Program-made: the position numbers and the translations under genes | The notes under the pieces: generated by a model | Seen by the model: only the letters and a program-made list of their open reading frames with translations | Databases searched by the model: none | What the model was told of the DNA's origin: nothing | NCBI GenBank assembly: GCA_946409645.1 | Contig: CAMJXE010000001.1 | Location: 27,710 to 91,709, forward strand | Direction of reading: 5' to 3' | From: an uncultured Bacteroidales bacterium | GTDB lineage: Bacteria; Bacteroidota; Bacteroidia; Bacteroidales; WCHB1-69 | Length of the DNA: 64,000 bases | Shown: positions 19,481 through 28,329 of the stretch, in pieces | How the letters are laid out: each line of letters begins with the position of its first letter | How positions within the stretch are numbered: the stretch's first letter is position 1

Positions 19481-19882
19481 ATGAAACATATCACCGTTTC
19501 CGCCGCCATCATCCACGACTCCCAAAACCGCATCTTCGCCACCCAGCGGGGCATCGGCGACTGGAAGGACTGGTGGGAGTTTCCCGGCGGCAAGATCGAA
19601 CCCGGCGAGACACCCGAGGAGGCCGTCCGCCGCGAAATATGGGAAGAATTGGAAACCCGCATCTCCGTCGGGGAACTACTGCACACCGTCGAGTGGGACT
19701 ACCCCAGGTTTCATCTCACCATGCACTGCTTCCTCTGCACCGTGGAGAGCGGCTCGCTCACCCTCCTCGAACACGAGGCCGCCCGCTGGCTCGCCCCCGA
19801 TGAACTCGACAGCGTGCAGTGGTTGCCCGCCGACTGGGAGGTGATCGAAAGGCTGAAACAACGATATAATAATCAGCGTTAA
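19481..19882 (+). CDS. Nudix hydrolase (MutT-like)
   Basis: Nudix box GGKIEPGETPEEAVRREIWEEL. Confidence 0.85.
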   Translation: MKHITVSAAIIHDSQNRIFATQRGIGDWKDWWEFPGGKIEPGETPEEAVRREIWEELETRISVGELLHTVEWDYPRFHLTMHCFLCTVESGSLTLLEHEAARWLAPDELDSVQWLPADWEVIERLKQRYNNQR

Positions 19883-19983
19883 TCTGCGGAATCTGCGGGA
19901 GAATAATATGCCCGCAGAACTCGCGGTAATACGCAGACGGGATCTTATATTTAAAAGATTCAATGGGATAATTAAATGATGTG

Positions 19984-19991
19984 TATCTTTG
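19984..19991 (+). promoter_or_regulatory. -7 box TATCTTTG
   Basis: Exact TAnnTTTG; ATG at 20012. Confidence 0.5.
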
Positions 19992-20011
19992 CAGCGTTAA
20001 AACCACCTATT

Positions 20012-21811
20012 ATGAACCGCTCCCTCATCACCGCCATCCTGCTGCTCCCGCTCCTTGCGTGGGGACAGATGAAACCGACCGCATCTCTGCTGCCCGAGGA
20101 GAGTCGTACTCGATTGCAACAACTCGGAGACTCCTTACGGAAATACGACCACTTCGAGAACTTCGACCGTCACGGATGGATGGTGATAGAGAAAGTGACC
20201 AAAACACCATTCGGCACCTATTCGTCCAAATACGGGATCATCAACGATAAGGGACAGACCGTATTGCCGTGCGAATACTCCTGCATCCGTTTCCAAGACC
20301 ATTCCGATCTGATTATGGTGGCGAAGAACAGTCTTTCGGCAGGCTTCATGAACCGGCAGCTGGAATGGGTCATTCCTCCAGAGTTTAGTGAGTCTTTATG
20401 GTGCGATTTGGAAACGGACAACTTGTTTTCCCACGGGATGATCGTCGTGGAGGACAGCAGTTCCAAATACGGTGTGGTGGATTCCTTTGGGAATGAGGTT
20501 CTGCCTTGCCGTTATCAATGGTTGGAAATTGCTGGACCTGACCTTTATGTGATTAATGAAGACAAGGCGGGCGTTATCAACCAGAACGGCGACACGGTGA
20601 TTCCGTTTGTTTATAAATATCTTCGCTTCTTGGGGAACAATTCATTTGAAGCGAGAAAGCAAGGCCAATGCGGGGTGATTTCAACCTCTGGTCGGGAGAT
20701 TCTCCCTTTCGTGTATGAAAGTATATTAGCTTGTGACAAAGGACTTTATTCGGTCAGTCAGAACGGCAAATGGGGCGTGGTGGATTCTTTGGGGAATGTT
20801 GTCATACCGCTCAAGTATGAGACACAGCATATATGGTTTGTCCGCGGCATGGATTTGGTGGAGATGGGTGGCTTGTATATGAACAACGGTATGGATCGGG
20901 ACGACCCTGAGAAATGTAAACTGCTCAACAAAAACGGGGAGGTGCTGATCCAAGGTTACGATGCCAGCATTCCAGGCAAATCCGGCGAACGAATAGCGGT
21001 GTTGTTTTACAATGAGGACAGGGATGCCACATGTGAAATTTACGACCGCAATGGAAAGAAGTTGGATGCTTTCGACGAGTTTTCGTTTGATGGCATTGAC
21101 TGGGTGAACGACGTGACGATGATTCCCGTGAAGCGCAACGGCAAATGGGGTTTCGTCAACCGCGACTTCGAACTGATTGTGCCGTGCCAATATGATGGAC
21201 AAGCTCACGGCGGTCACGGGTATGGGACGGTGACCACACTCGACAAACAGCAAATGTTGATAGAGGAGACTGGCGACACGCTTGTAACAGGCCCTTACCG
21301 GTGGATTTGCCCCTCGGTGAACGGATGGTTTCAAGTGGAAACCATTTCAACAGATTCTTACGACTGGGAGGGCTTGTCAGGTTTCATCGACCGCTACGGT
21401 AACTGCACCTTTACGGAGACGGCGGAACCTGGGCGAAAAGTTCTTATGAATCAAGATTTGATCGACGATGATGAAAATTTGGTGCCTTTTGCTGATATGC
21501 TTCCCGAGTTCCCCGGCGGTCCAGACTCCCTGCACGCTTACCTTGCGAGAACGATACAGTATCCTCAAGATGCCCGCGACAAAGGCGTCTCCGGCACGGT
21601 GCTCGCAGAGTTTGTGGTGGAGAAGGACGGGCATGTCAGAGAGGTCACCATCAAGGTGCCGCTCTTCCCCTCCTGTGATGAAGAAGTGGTCCGTGTCCTC
21701 CAGCAGATGCCCCTTTGGAAGCCCGCCACGAACCAAGGCCAGCCCATTCGCTGTTTCTTCGCGGTACCGGTCACATTCAGGAACGACACTTCGTTGGAAG
21801 GAGGTGATTGA
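20012..21811 (+). CDS. WG-repeat (KWG) protein with TonB C-terminal domain
   Basis: Signal peptide MNRSLITAILLLPLLAWGQ, repeated ..GKWG[VF]V[DN].. units, and a TonB_C-like tail PEFPGGPDSLHAYL..GVSGTVLAEFVVEKDGHV. Confidence 0.75.
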   Translation: MNRSLITAILLLPLLAWGQMKPTASLLPEESRTRLQQLGDSLRKYDHFENFDRHGWMVIEKVTKTPFGTYSSKYGIINDKGQTVLPCEYSCIRFQDHSDLIMVAKNSLSAGFMNRQLEWVIPPEFSESLWCDLETDNLFSHGMIVVEDSSSKYGVVDSFGNEVLPCRYQWLEIAGPDLYVINEDKAGVINQNGDTVIPFVYKYLRFLGNNSFEARKQGQCGVISTSGREILPFVYESILACDKGLYSVSQNGKWGVVDSLGNVVIPLKYETQHIWFVRGMDLVEMGGLYMNNGMDRDDPEKCKLLNKNGEVLIQGYDASIPGKSGERIAVLFYNEDRDATCEIYDRNGKKLDAFDEFSFDGIDWVNDVTMIPVKRNGKWGFVNRDFELIVPCQYDGQAHGGHGYGTVTTLDKQQMLIEETGDTLVTGPYRWICPSVNGWFQVETISTDSYDWEGLSGFIDRYGNCTFTETAEPGRKVLMNQDLIDDDENLVPFADMLPEFPGGPDSLHAYLARTIQYPQDARDKGVSGTVLAEFVVEKDGHVREVTIKVPLFPSCDEEVVRVLQQMPLWKPATNQGQPIRCFFAVPVTFRNDTSLEGGD

Positions 21812-21855
21812 ACTGCTGAAAAAAAGGTTCCGGATAACAATCAGAATATGACGAA

Positions 21856-21959
21856 CGATAATCAACCAAATCCATTGCTTCTTGCGATGTTTTGGTTGGT
21901 TATCGTTTCGGATAAATCACCAAAATCATATTGTTTTATCCTGTTTTGGTTGATTATCT
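21856..21959. repeat. two tandem imperfect palindromic units built on GATAATCAACCAAA
   Basis: Arms at 21856..21870 / 21891..21905 (1 mismatch) and 21911..21925 / 21944..21958. Confidence 0.7.
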
Positions 21960-21971
21960 GAAATTATTTTC

Positions 21972-21979
21972 TATCTTTG
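21972..21979 (+). promoter_or_regulatory. -7 box TATCTTTG
   Basis: Exact TAnnTTTG; ATG at 22003. Confidence 0.5.
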
Positions 21980-22002
21980 CCGACACAAAAGAAGTTCTAT
22001 TT

Positions 22003-23406
22003 ATGATTGGAAGAAATAAAGAAATAGCTGAATTACAACGTGTTGCAAAATCAAAGCGATCGGAGTTCGTCATTGTGTACGGGCGGCGGCGTGTTGGCAA
22101 GACGTACTTGGTCAACGAAGTATTTGGCGATTCATTCTCATTTTATTTCACCGGCGGACACAAACTTTCGAAAAAACGCCAGCTTGCAAACTTCGCCCAA
22201 GCACTGCAAATGTATTCGGAATCACCGTTTTTATTGTCATTCAAGGACTGGTTCGAAGCTTTTCAGCAGCTGACGGCATACCTGAAAACAGCATCGGCAG
22301 GAAAACACGGAAAGAAAATTGTGTTTTTCGATGAAATGCCCTGGATTGATACGCCAAAATCAGAATTCGTGGCGGCATTGGAAAACTTCTGGAACGCTTG
22401 GGCCATGCAACAGAAAGACATCCTGTTTATTGCCAGCGGATCCGCAACTTCTTGGATGTCAGACAAACTGATGGAAAACCAAGGTGGTCTGCACAACCGA
22501 ATCACTTCAAGAATATACCTCCGTCCATTCAATCTGCAGGAGGTCGAGGAATATTTGGCAGATGCCGGCTGCCCTTGGGACCGTTTCCAAATCGTACAAT
22601 GCTACATGATTTTCGGAGGCGTACCGTTTTACCTCAGCCTATTGAATCCATCATGGAGCCTGATACAAAATATAGACGAACTTTTTTTTGCTCCTGACGG
22701 AGCCTTGCGAAATGAATTTTCCGAACTTTATGACGCTCTGTTTACGCACGCCGACAAATACATTACGATTGTTAAAGCCCTGTTCTCCAAAAAAGAGGGC
22801 ATGACTCGTAATGAAATCATACAACATACAGGATTTCAAGGCAGTATATTGACCAAAATGCTTTCCAACCTATGCAAGTGTGACTTCCTTATCGAATACT
22901 CCCAATTCGGCAAAACAAAAAACAGAGTCATCTACCGCCTCGCAGATTTCTATACACTGTTCTATCTCCGTTTTATAGAAAACGATCAATCAAAGGATGT
23001 CAATAGATGGTCTCATCTAACTGGAAATCAAATTGTTTCAATATGGCAGGGCTTGACTTTCGAATTGGTTTGTCTCGTACATCTGCAACAGATCAAGCAA
23101 AGTTTGGGTATCGCCGGTGTGTTGACCAATGCCAGCGTATGGCGTGGGGATGGAGCGCAGATAGACCTTGTGATTGACCGCAACGACCGTATCGTCAACC
23201 TCTGTGAGATGAAGTTCAGCCAAGAGCCATACATCATTTCGGCGGAATATGCAAACAAACTAAGGACGCGAACGGCCTTGTTCCGAGAAGCCACCAAATG
23301 CAAAAAGGGGCTTGTAGTCACTTTCATCACCACGTATGGTGTACTTCCCGGCAAAAACTCTGGCGTTGTTCAGAGCGAAGTGACAATGGACGCTTTGTTT
23401 GAGTAA
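22003..23406 (+). CDS. AAA ATPase (Arch_ATPase type) with DUF234-like C-terminal PD-(D/E)xK region
   Basis: Walker A YGRRRVGKT, Walker B IVFFDEMPW, and C-terminal GAQIDLVIDRNDRIVNLCEMKF. Confidence 0.8.
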   Translation: MIGRNKEIAELQRVAKSKRSEFVIVYGRRRVGKTYLVNEVFGDSFSFYFTGGHKLSKKRQLANFAQALQMYSESPFLLSFKDWFEAFQQLTAYLKTASAGKHGKKIVFFDEMPWIDTPKSEFVAALENFWNAWAMQQKDILFIASGSATSWMSDKLMENQGGLHNRITSRIYLRPFNLQEVEEYLADAGCPWDRFQIVQCYMIFGGVPFYLSLLNPSWSLIQNIDELFFAPDGALRNEFSELYDALFTHADKYITIVKALFSKKEGMTRNEIIQHTGFQGSILTKMLSNLCKCDFLIEYSQFGKTKNRVIYRLADFYTLFYLRFIENDQSKDVNRWSHLTGNQIVSIWQGLTFELVCLVHLQQIKQSLGIAGVLTNASVWRGDGAQIDLVIDRNDRIVNLCEMKFSQEPYIISAEYANKLRTRTALFREATKCKKGLVVTFITTYGVLPGKNSGVVQSEVTMDALFE

Positions 23407-23521
23407 GGCAAGCAGGACTCCATGCAAATTCATCCGATACTTGGAGGAAAATAAGAATAGATATTGCGAAGTATAGTTTGAAATAATTTGGCATTTTTGC
23501 AAAGTTGACTTCAGAATAATA

Positions 23522-24370
23522 ATGATACAGAAAAAATTCAGCACCTGGCTGCTGGCGGTTGCCACCGCCATTATCACCGCCGCCACGCCGCTCTTCTTCG
23601 GCTGGGTGGTCGTCCTGACCTCCTGCTCCACCGAGGAATATTCGGTCTCGCGCCCGACTATCGAGCGGATCCAGCAACGGGGAAAGCTGCTCGTCGGCAC
23701 CACCGGCGACTACCGGCCGCTGACCTTCTGCGAGCCTGAAACCGGCGAATACTGGGGCTTCGGCATCGAGATGGCACAGGCCATTGCCGACAGTATAGGC
23801 GTTCCCGTGGTGTTCGTCCGGACCTCGTGGCCGACCTTGACCGCCGACGTTTTGGCCGAACCCCAGACCTTCGACCTCGCCATCGGGGGCATCACCATCA
23901 CCGATGCCCGGCGCGCCATTATGCTGATGAGCGAGGGATACCTGGCCAACGGCAAGACCATTCTCTGCCGGACGGAGGACACTACCCGCTTCCGTTCGCT
24001 GGCCGACATCGACCGTCCCGACGTGCGCGTGATGGTGAATCCGGGAGGACTTAACGAGCAGTTTGCCAACCAAAACCTCACCCACGCCACCATCATCGTG
24101 CATCAGAACAACGAAGAGATACCGTCGCTCATCGCCGAAGGGCAGGCTGACGTGATGATTACGGAGATCACCGAAGCACCCTGGTACGTGCAGACAGACC
24201 CACGGTTGGCGGCGCCGCTCCTGAACGCCCCTTTCACCCACGGGGAAATCGGCGTGCTGATGCGCAAAGGCCAAGACGACCTGCTCGATTTGGTGAACGG
24301 CGTCATCCGCCGGATGAAGGCTGACGGCTCGCTCCGACGGCTGTGCGAAAAATACGGATTGGTGCCGTAA
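23522..24370 (+). CDS. periplasmic substrate-binding (SBP_bac_3-type) lipoprotein
   Basis: Signal/lipobox region ..VVLTSCS, then LLVGTTGDYRPLTF.. typical of amino-acid-binding / cyclohexadienyl-dehydratase-like proteins. Confidence 0.7.
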   Translation: MIQKKFSTWLLAVATAIITAATPLFFGWVVVLTSCSTEEYSVSRPTIERIQQRGKLLVGTTGDYRPLTFCEPETGEYWGFGIEMAQAIADSIGVPVVFVRTSWPTLTADVLAEPQTFDLAIGGITITDARRAIMLMSEGYLANGKTILCRTEDTTRFRSLADIDRPDVRVMVNPGGLNEQFANQNLTHATIIVHQNNEEIPSLIAEGQADVMITEITEAPWYVQTDPRLAAPLLNAPFTHGEIGVLMRKGQDDLLDLVNGVIRRMKADGSLRRLCEKYGLVP

Positions 24371-24377
24371 TTTTCTG

Positions 24378-24385
24378 TATCTTTG
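24378..24385 (+). promoter_or_regulatory. -7 box TATCTTTG
   Basis: Exact TAnnTTTG; ATG at 24413. Confidence 0.5.
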
Positions 24386-24412
24386 CCGTTTGATAATACC
24401 AATAAAAAGGAT

Positions 24413-25288
24413 ATGCTATTTACCAACAACATCATCACCCTTGAGGTGTCGGAACATGGGGCCGAGATGCAGAGCCTCACGAAAGACGGACGTCAGTATC
24501 TGTGGACGGGCGACCCGCAATTTTGGAACCGCCGCGCGCCCATCCTCTTTCCCGCTGTGGGCAAGCCCTACAACAACGAAATTCACGCGGACGGCGTCGC
24601 CTACCCGCTGTACCAGCACGGCTATGCGCGCGACAGCAAGTTTGCGGTGGTCGCCTCTGACAGCGACCACGAACTGCACCTGAAAATGCTGGAGAACGAG
24701 CATTCGCACGCGTACCCATACAAGCTGGGGCTGGAGGTTCGTTACCAGTTGGAAGGCAATACTGTGAAGGCGGTTTGGACTGTGGAAAATCTCGACGACA
24801 AGGAGGCCTACTTCCAGATCGGCGGCCACCCGGGATTCCTGCTGCCGGATTATGATCCCGACAGAATGGTGAACGGATATGTCCGTTTCTTCAACAAAGA
24901 AGGGGAACTTGCCGCTCCCACCCTCTTCTCGGACATTGATGACGGATGCCGCGTGCCGCGCAGTTCCAAATCGATGCTGCTCCGCGAGACGCCCCTCATG
25001 CCTAACACGTTCATTCACGATGCCCTGGTGATCGAGCAGGGGCAGGTGACGAAAGTCGAGCTGTGGGACAGACATTGCAATCCCATCCTCAACGTCAACT
25101 GTCCGCAAGCAGAAGCCTACGGCGTTTGGGCGCCCCATAAGAAGGGCTGTCCGTTCGTCTGCCTTGAGCCCTGGTGCGGCATCTGCGACTCCAAAGGGTT
25201 CATCGGGGATGTCTCCGAACGCGAATACATCCACCACCTCGCCCCGCGCGACACGTTCGATTTCGTCTATACCATCGAGATATATTAG
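24413..25288 (+). CDS. aldose 1-epimerase family protein
   Basis: LWTGDPQFWNRRAPILFPAVG .. FQIGGHPGF .. CLEPWCG pattern. Confidence 0.8.
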   Translation: MLFTNNIITLEVSEHGAEMQSLTKDGRQYLWTGDPQFWNRRAPILFPAVGKPYNNEIHADGVAYPLYQHGYARDSKFAVVASDSDHELHLKMLENEHSHAYPYKLGLEVRYQLEGNTVKAVWTVENLDDKEAYFQIGGHPGFLLPDYDPDRMVNGYVRFFNKEGELAAPTLFSDIDDGCRVPRSSKSMLLRETPLMPNTFIHDALVIEQGQVTKVELWDRHCNPILNVNCPQAEAYGVWAPHKKGCPFVCLEPWCGICDSKGFIGDVSEREYIHHLAPRDTFDFVYTIEIY

Positions 25289-25297
25289 TCTCGTCCG

Positions 25298-25852
25298 ATG
25301 ACCGACACGATGACACCCCAGCAGCGGCACTATTGCATGTCGCGCATCCGCAGCAAGGACACCACGCCCGAGAAGCGCGTGCGGCAATGGCTGTGGCAGC
25401 ACGGCTACCGTTACCGCCTCAACGTGAAGGGCGTGCCGGGGAAACCCGACATCGTGATGCGCAAGTACCGGACGGCAATTTTCGTGAACGGGTGCTTTTG
25501 GCACGGACATTTTGTTCAATTCATAATTCATAATGCACAATGCACAATTGAGGATTCAACGTGTTGCAAGATTCCGAAGACAAATAGGGATTTTTGGGTG
25601 ACGAAGATTCGGCGGAACCAGGAGAGGGATCAGAAAAACTATGAGATTCTCTCCGAAAACGGCTGGCAGGTCATCGTGGTGTGGGAATGCCAACTGAAGC
25701 CCAAAACATTGGAGCAGACAATGTTACAAGTGGAGCAACAGCTGCTCGACTATTACATCAAGACCTTCGGCCGCAAATCCAGATCCTACATCCGAATTGA
25801 CGAGGAGAGCCTGCCCATGGCGGCAGAAGACCCCGAAGAGTATGGAATATGA
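25298..25852 (+). CDS. vsr: very-short-patch-repair endonuclease carrying a 13-aa low-complexity insertion
   Basis: RSKDTTPEKRVR..GKPDIV..AIFVNGCFWHGH .. IPKTNRDFWVTKIRRNQERD..VVWECQL. The insertion is FVQFIIHNAQCTI. Confidence 0.8.
   Translation: MTDTMTPQQRHYCMSRIRSKDTTPEKRVRQWLWQHGYRYRLNVKGVPGKPDIVMRKYRTAIFVNGCFWHGHFVQFIIHNAQCTIEDSTCCKIPKTNRDFWVTKIRRNQERDQKNYEILSENGWQVIVVWECQLKPKTLEQTMLQVEQQLLDYYIKTFGRKSRSYIRIDEESLPMAAEDPEEYGI
25511..25549 (+). repeat. 39-bp heptamer-periodic insert inside vsr
   Basis: (g)ttcaat tcataat tcataat gcacaat gcacaat. Same style as the intergenic arrays. Confidence 0.8.
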
Positions 25853-25858
25853 AAATCA

Positions 25859-26428
25859 ATGATCATGATTGAAATCACCCAAGCAAGCAAATCTCATGCC
25901 TCCGACATCGCCAACCTGATCATGACGGCCATGACCGACGAGTGCTGTCTCTATTTTTGCGGCGAAGGCTACGGGTTAGACGACTTCCGCCGGATGATGA
26001 CCGGACTCGTGGAGCGAAAAGACTCGCAATACAGCTACCAAAACACCTTAGTCGCAGTGGACAACGGAAAGGTGGTCGGCGTCTCCGTGAGTTACGACGG
26101 CGGAAAGCTGCACGAGCTGCGCAAAGCATTCCTCGCAGCCGCCAAGGCCCAGATCGGCAAGGACCACACCGGCATGGACGATGAGACGCAGGCCGGGGAA
26201 CTCTACTTGGATTCGTTGGCCGTGCTGCCCGAATACCGGCGCAGAGGTATCGCCAAACGGCTGCTGATGGCCACCAAACAGCGCGCCGACGAGATGGGAC
26301 TGCCAGTGGTCGGACTTTTGGTAGACAAAGGAAACCCCGGCGGGGAGGCACTCTACGCCAGCGTCGGATTCCGCTACGTGAACGACAGCCTCTGGGGCGG
26401 CCATCCGATGAAACACTTGGTGCTATAA
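25859..26428 (+). CDS. GNAT-family N-acetyltransferase
   Basis: LAVLPEYRRRGIAKRLL acetyl-CoA-binding motif. Confidence 0.8.
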   Translation: MIMIEITQASKSHASDIANLIMTAMTDECCLYFCGEGYGLDDFRRMMTGLVERKDSQYSYQNTLVAVDNGKVVGVSVSYDGGKLHELRKAFLAAAKAQIGKDHTGMDDETQAGELYLDSLAVLPEYRRRGIAKRLLMATKQRADEMGLPVVGLLVDKGNPGGEALYASVGFRYVNDSLWGGHPMKHLVL

Positions 26429-26460
26429 GGCATCGAAAACACGTAAAATAGAATATTGTG

Positions 26461-26468
26461 TATTTTTG
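26461..26468 (+). promoter_or_regulatory. -7 box TATTTTTG
   Basis: Exact TAnnTTTG; ATG at 26529. Confidence 0.45.
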
Positions 26469-26528
26469 CAGCGGTGACATTGTTGAACTTTATACGAAAT
26501 CTAATAATAATAACTACTACATCAAAAG

Positions 26529-27296
26529 ATGAATACCTATTACATTTTTGAACATTCGACAAAAACAAAAGTCGTTGGAAGTGCCCCGGGGGGACAATTG
26601 GAACTCTTTCAGCCCCTGAATTTTAACAGTATGCAAAATCGCGATGAGTTGCCAAAACAATCGGAATTCAGGCTAAAAGGGAACTCCCGCCTTACAGATT
26701 TACTCTATTGCCTGAATATTAGCACTATCAATAACTTTATTGTCAGTTCAAAAATGTATTCAATATTGAAGGAATTCAATATTCAAGAGCACCAATGGGC
26801 GAGCTGTACCATTAGAAAAAAGGACAAAACCTGGGACTATCATCTGCTCAGATTTGCGCAAACGCGTGATAAAAAAAGGCGTCCTCAGCTCTGTTGTCCA
26901 GAAATGGTGGATTGGAAAAATTCGGTTTTTTTTGAAGATTCCTATGCCCGATTTGGGGGAATAAAAGGGAATGAGCCCATCTTAAAAATCGACAGTTACG
27001 ATGACTATTTGAAAGTACAAGCCGAATATAATCGCAAATTCGATGAACATGAAAACATAGACTTGGCAATAGGTGTTATGAAATTTGCTTTCAACGAGAA
27101 ATATTTGGAGAAAAACAACCCCGATATGTGTTGGTTGTACCCATTGCATTCAAATCCGTTGATTTCGGAAAGACTAAAAACAGCATTGGAGGAAAACGAT
27201 GTCACCAGCGTGGAAACGATGGAAATAAACTCCTATCTCTGTCGCAACGATGCCGAAGTACTGGGCAATATCTTTAAGGAACTTGGGGTGCGGTAG
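26529..27296 (+). CDS. hypothetical protein, possibly Imm11/DUF1629-like immunity protein
   Basis: AT-rich ORF. The MNTYYIFE.. start and the ..FIVSSKMYSILKEFNI.. / ..LISERLKTALEENDVT.. pattern resemble DUF1629 as I recall it. This is a weak call. Confidence 0.45.
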   Translation: MNTYYIFEHSTKTKVVGSAPGGQLELFQPLNFNSMQNRDELPKQSEFRLKGNSRLTDLLYCLNISTINNFIVSSKMYSILKEFNIQEHQWASCTIRKKDKTWDYHLLRFAQTRDKKRRPQLCCPEMVDWKNSVFFEDSYARFGGIKGNEPILKIDSYDDYLKVQAEYNRKFDEHENIDLAIGVMKFAFNEKYLEKNNPDMCWLYPLHSNPLISERLKTALEENDVTSVETMEINSYLCRNDAEVLGNIFKELGVR

Positions 27297-27317
27297 AGAG
27301 AGTCATTGCAGATTTTG

Positions 27318-27325
27318 TATTTTTG
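27318..27325 (+). promoter_or_regulatory. -7 box TATTTTTG
   Basis: Exact TAnnTTTG; ATG at 27365. Confidence 0.5.
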
Positions 27326-27364
27326 CACTTCGTTTTTTATCGAATAAATTATATCCCCAATAGT

Positions 27365-28297
27365 ATGAAAAAAATCCTCATTTTTGCCATCGCCGCGCTG
27401 TTGTTTGCGGCATGTAGTGATTCTGAAAAACAGCTGCAGAAACGTGCGGCAGAACTGTGCCAGTACATCCCCGATCACGAACTGTCGGAGAAGTCGAAAC
27501 CGTATATGACGGCTGATTTCTATAATGTGTTAGACACGGTGTTCAACCAACTACCCGAGTTCGAGGCCATGGACCACGAATGGCTCCACTACTTCGTGAC
27601 CGGCAACGGCGGCACCATCGCCGACTACGAGGTGACCGGCGTGGAGCTGACCGACAAAACCCATGCCGTCGCGACCATCAAGGTGCGCCAGAAATGGGAA
27701 GACGGCTCCTTTGACGAAAACCCTGACATAGAGGAACATAAACTCTATATGGAGAAGGTGAACGGCCAATGGCTGATATCCGACTTCGACGGGCACAAGG
27801 CCGACTGCATCCGGCACATCGCCATCAACAAAAAGGAACAGGCCGTGCGCAACGCCGTCAGCGACTATTTGGTGAACGGGATCGGCAGCAACTATCTGAG
27901 AGGCGAGATCTGTGTGCCTACGCTCATGATGGTGCACGAATCAGAAGAAACTGACAATCAAACATTTGTGTGGGGCGACTTCTGGATTGACTGGTTCAAT
28001 GTTGCCGGCGACACGCTCAAGGCCGTTTCGGGGGGCAGCCATTCGGGGCTGATGACCCTGAAGAAGGAGGGCGACCAATACAAGGTGGTCTCGTTCGAGC
28101 AAACCGTTGACGGGGCAGGGAATGACGCCAGTGCGCGCCGCATCTTCGGTCCACACTATGACATTTACCAAAACATACATTCGAATCAGGATGTGCGCGA
28201 AGCCGCCCGCAAGGAGCAGTTGCGCGAGTACGTGAAACAACACAACCTTAACGTCAAATACTATCAGGACTACGGCTGGCCTGCGGTGGAATTGTAA
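27365..28297 (+). CDS. lipoprotein of unknown function
   Basis: Lipobox MKKILIFAIAALLFAAC. Confidence 0.6.
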   Translation: MKKILIFAIAALLFAACSDSEKQLQKRAAELCQYIPDHELSEKSKPYMTADFYNVLDTVFNQLPEFEAMDHEWLHYFVTGNGGTIADYEVTGVELTDKTHAVATIKVRQKWEDGSFDENPDIEEHKLYMEKVNGQWLISDFDGHKADCIRHIAINKKEQAVRNAVSDYLVNGIGSNYLRGEICVPTLMMVHESEETDNQTFVWGDFWIDWFNVAGDTLKAVSGGSHSGLMTLKKEGDQYKVVSFEQTVDGAGNDASARRIFGPHYDIYQNIHSNQDVREAARKEQLREYVKQHNLNVKYYQDYGWPAVEL

Positions 28298-28329
28298 AGT
28301 TTACGGACAAACAGGTTCCCGTGGGAATC

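Noticed and set aside
19150-19803. 217-aa plus-strand ORF (HPRVRLHPHRPY..)
   Set aside because: This is an out-of-frame read-through of the fic end, the Pmp3-like ORF and the Nudix gene. It is proline/arginine/histidine-rich and looks like junk.
25298-25852. vsr as the functional partner of the intact dcm at 10036
   Set aside because: The genes are 14 kb apart, of different composition, and separated by unrelated housekeeping genes. Any link can only be historical.
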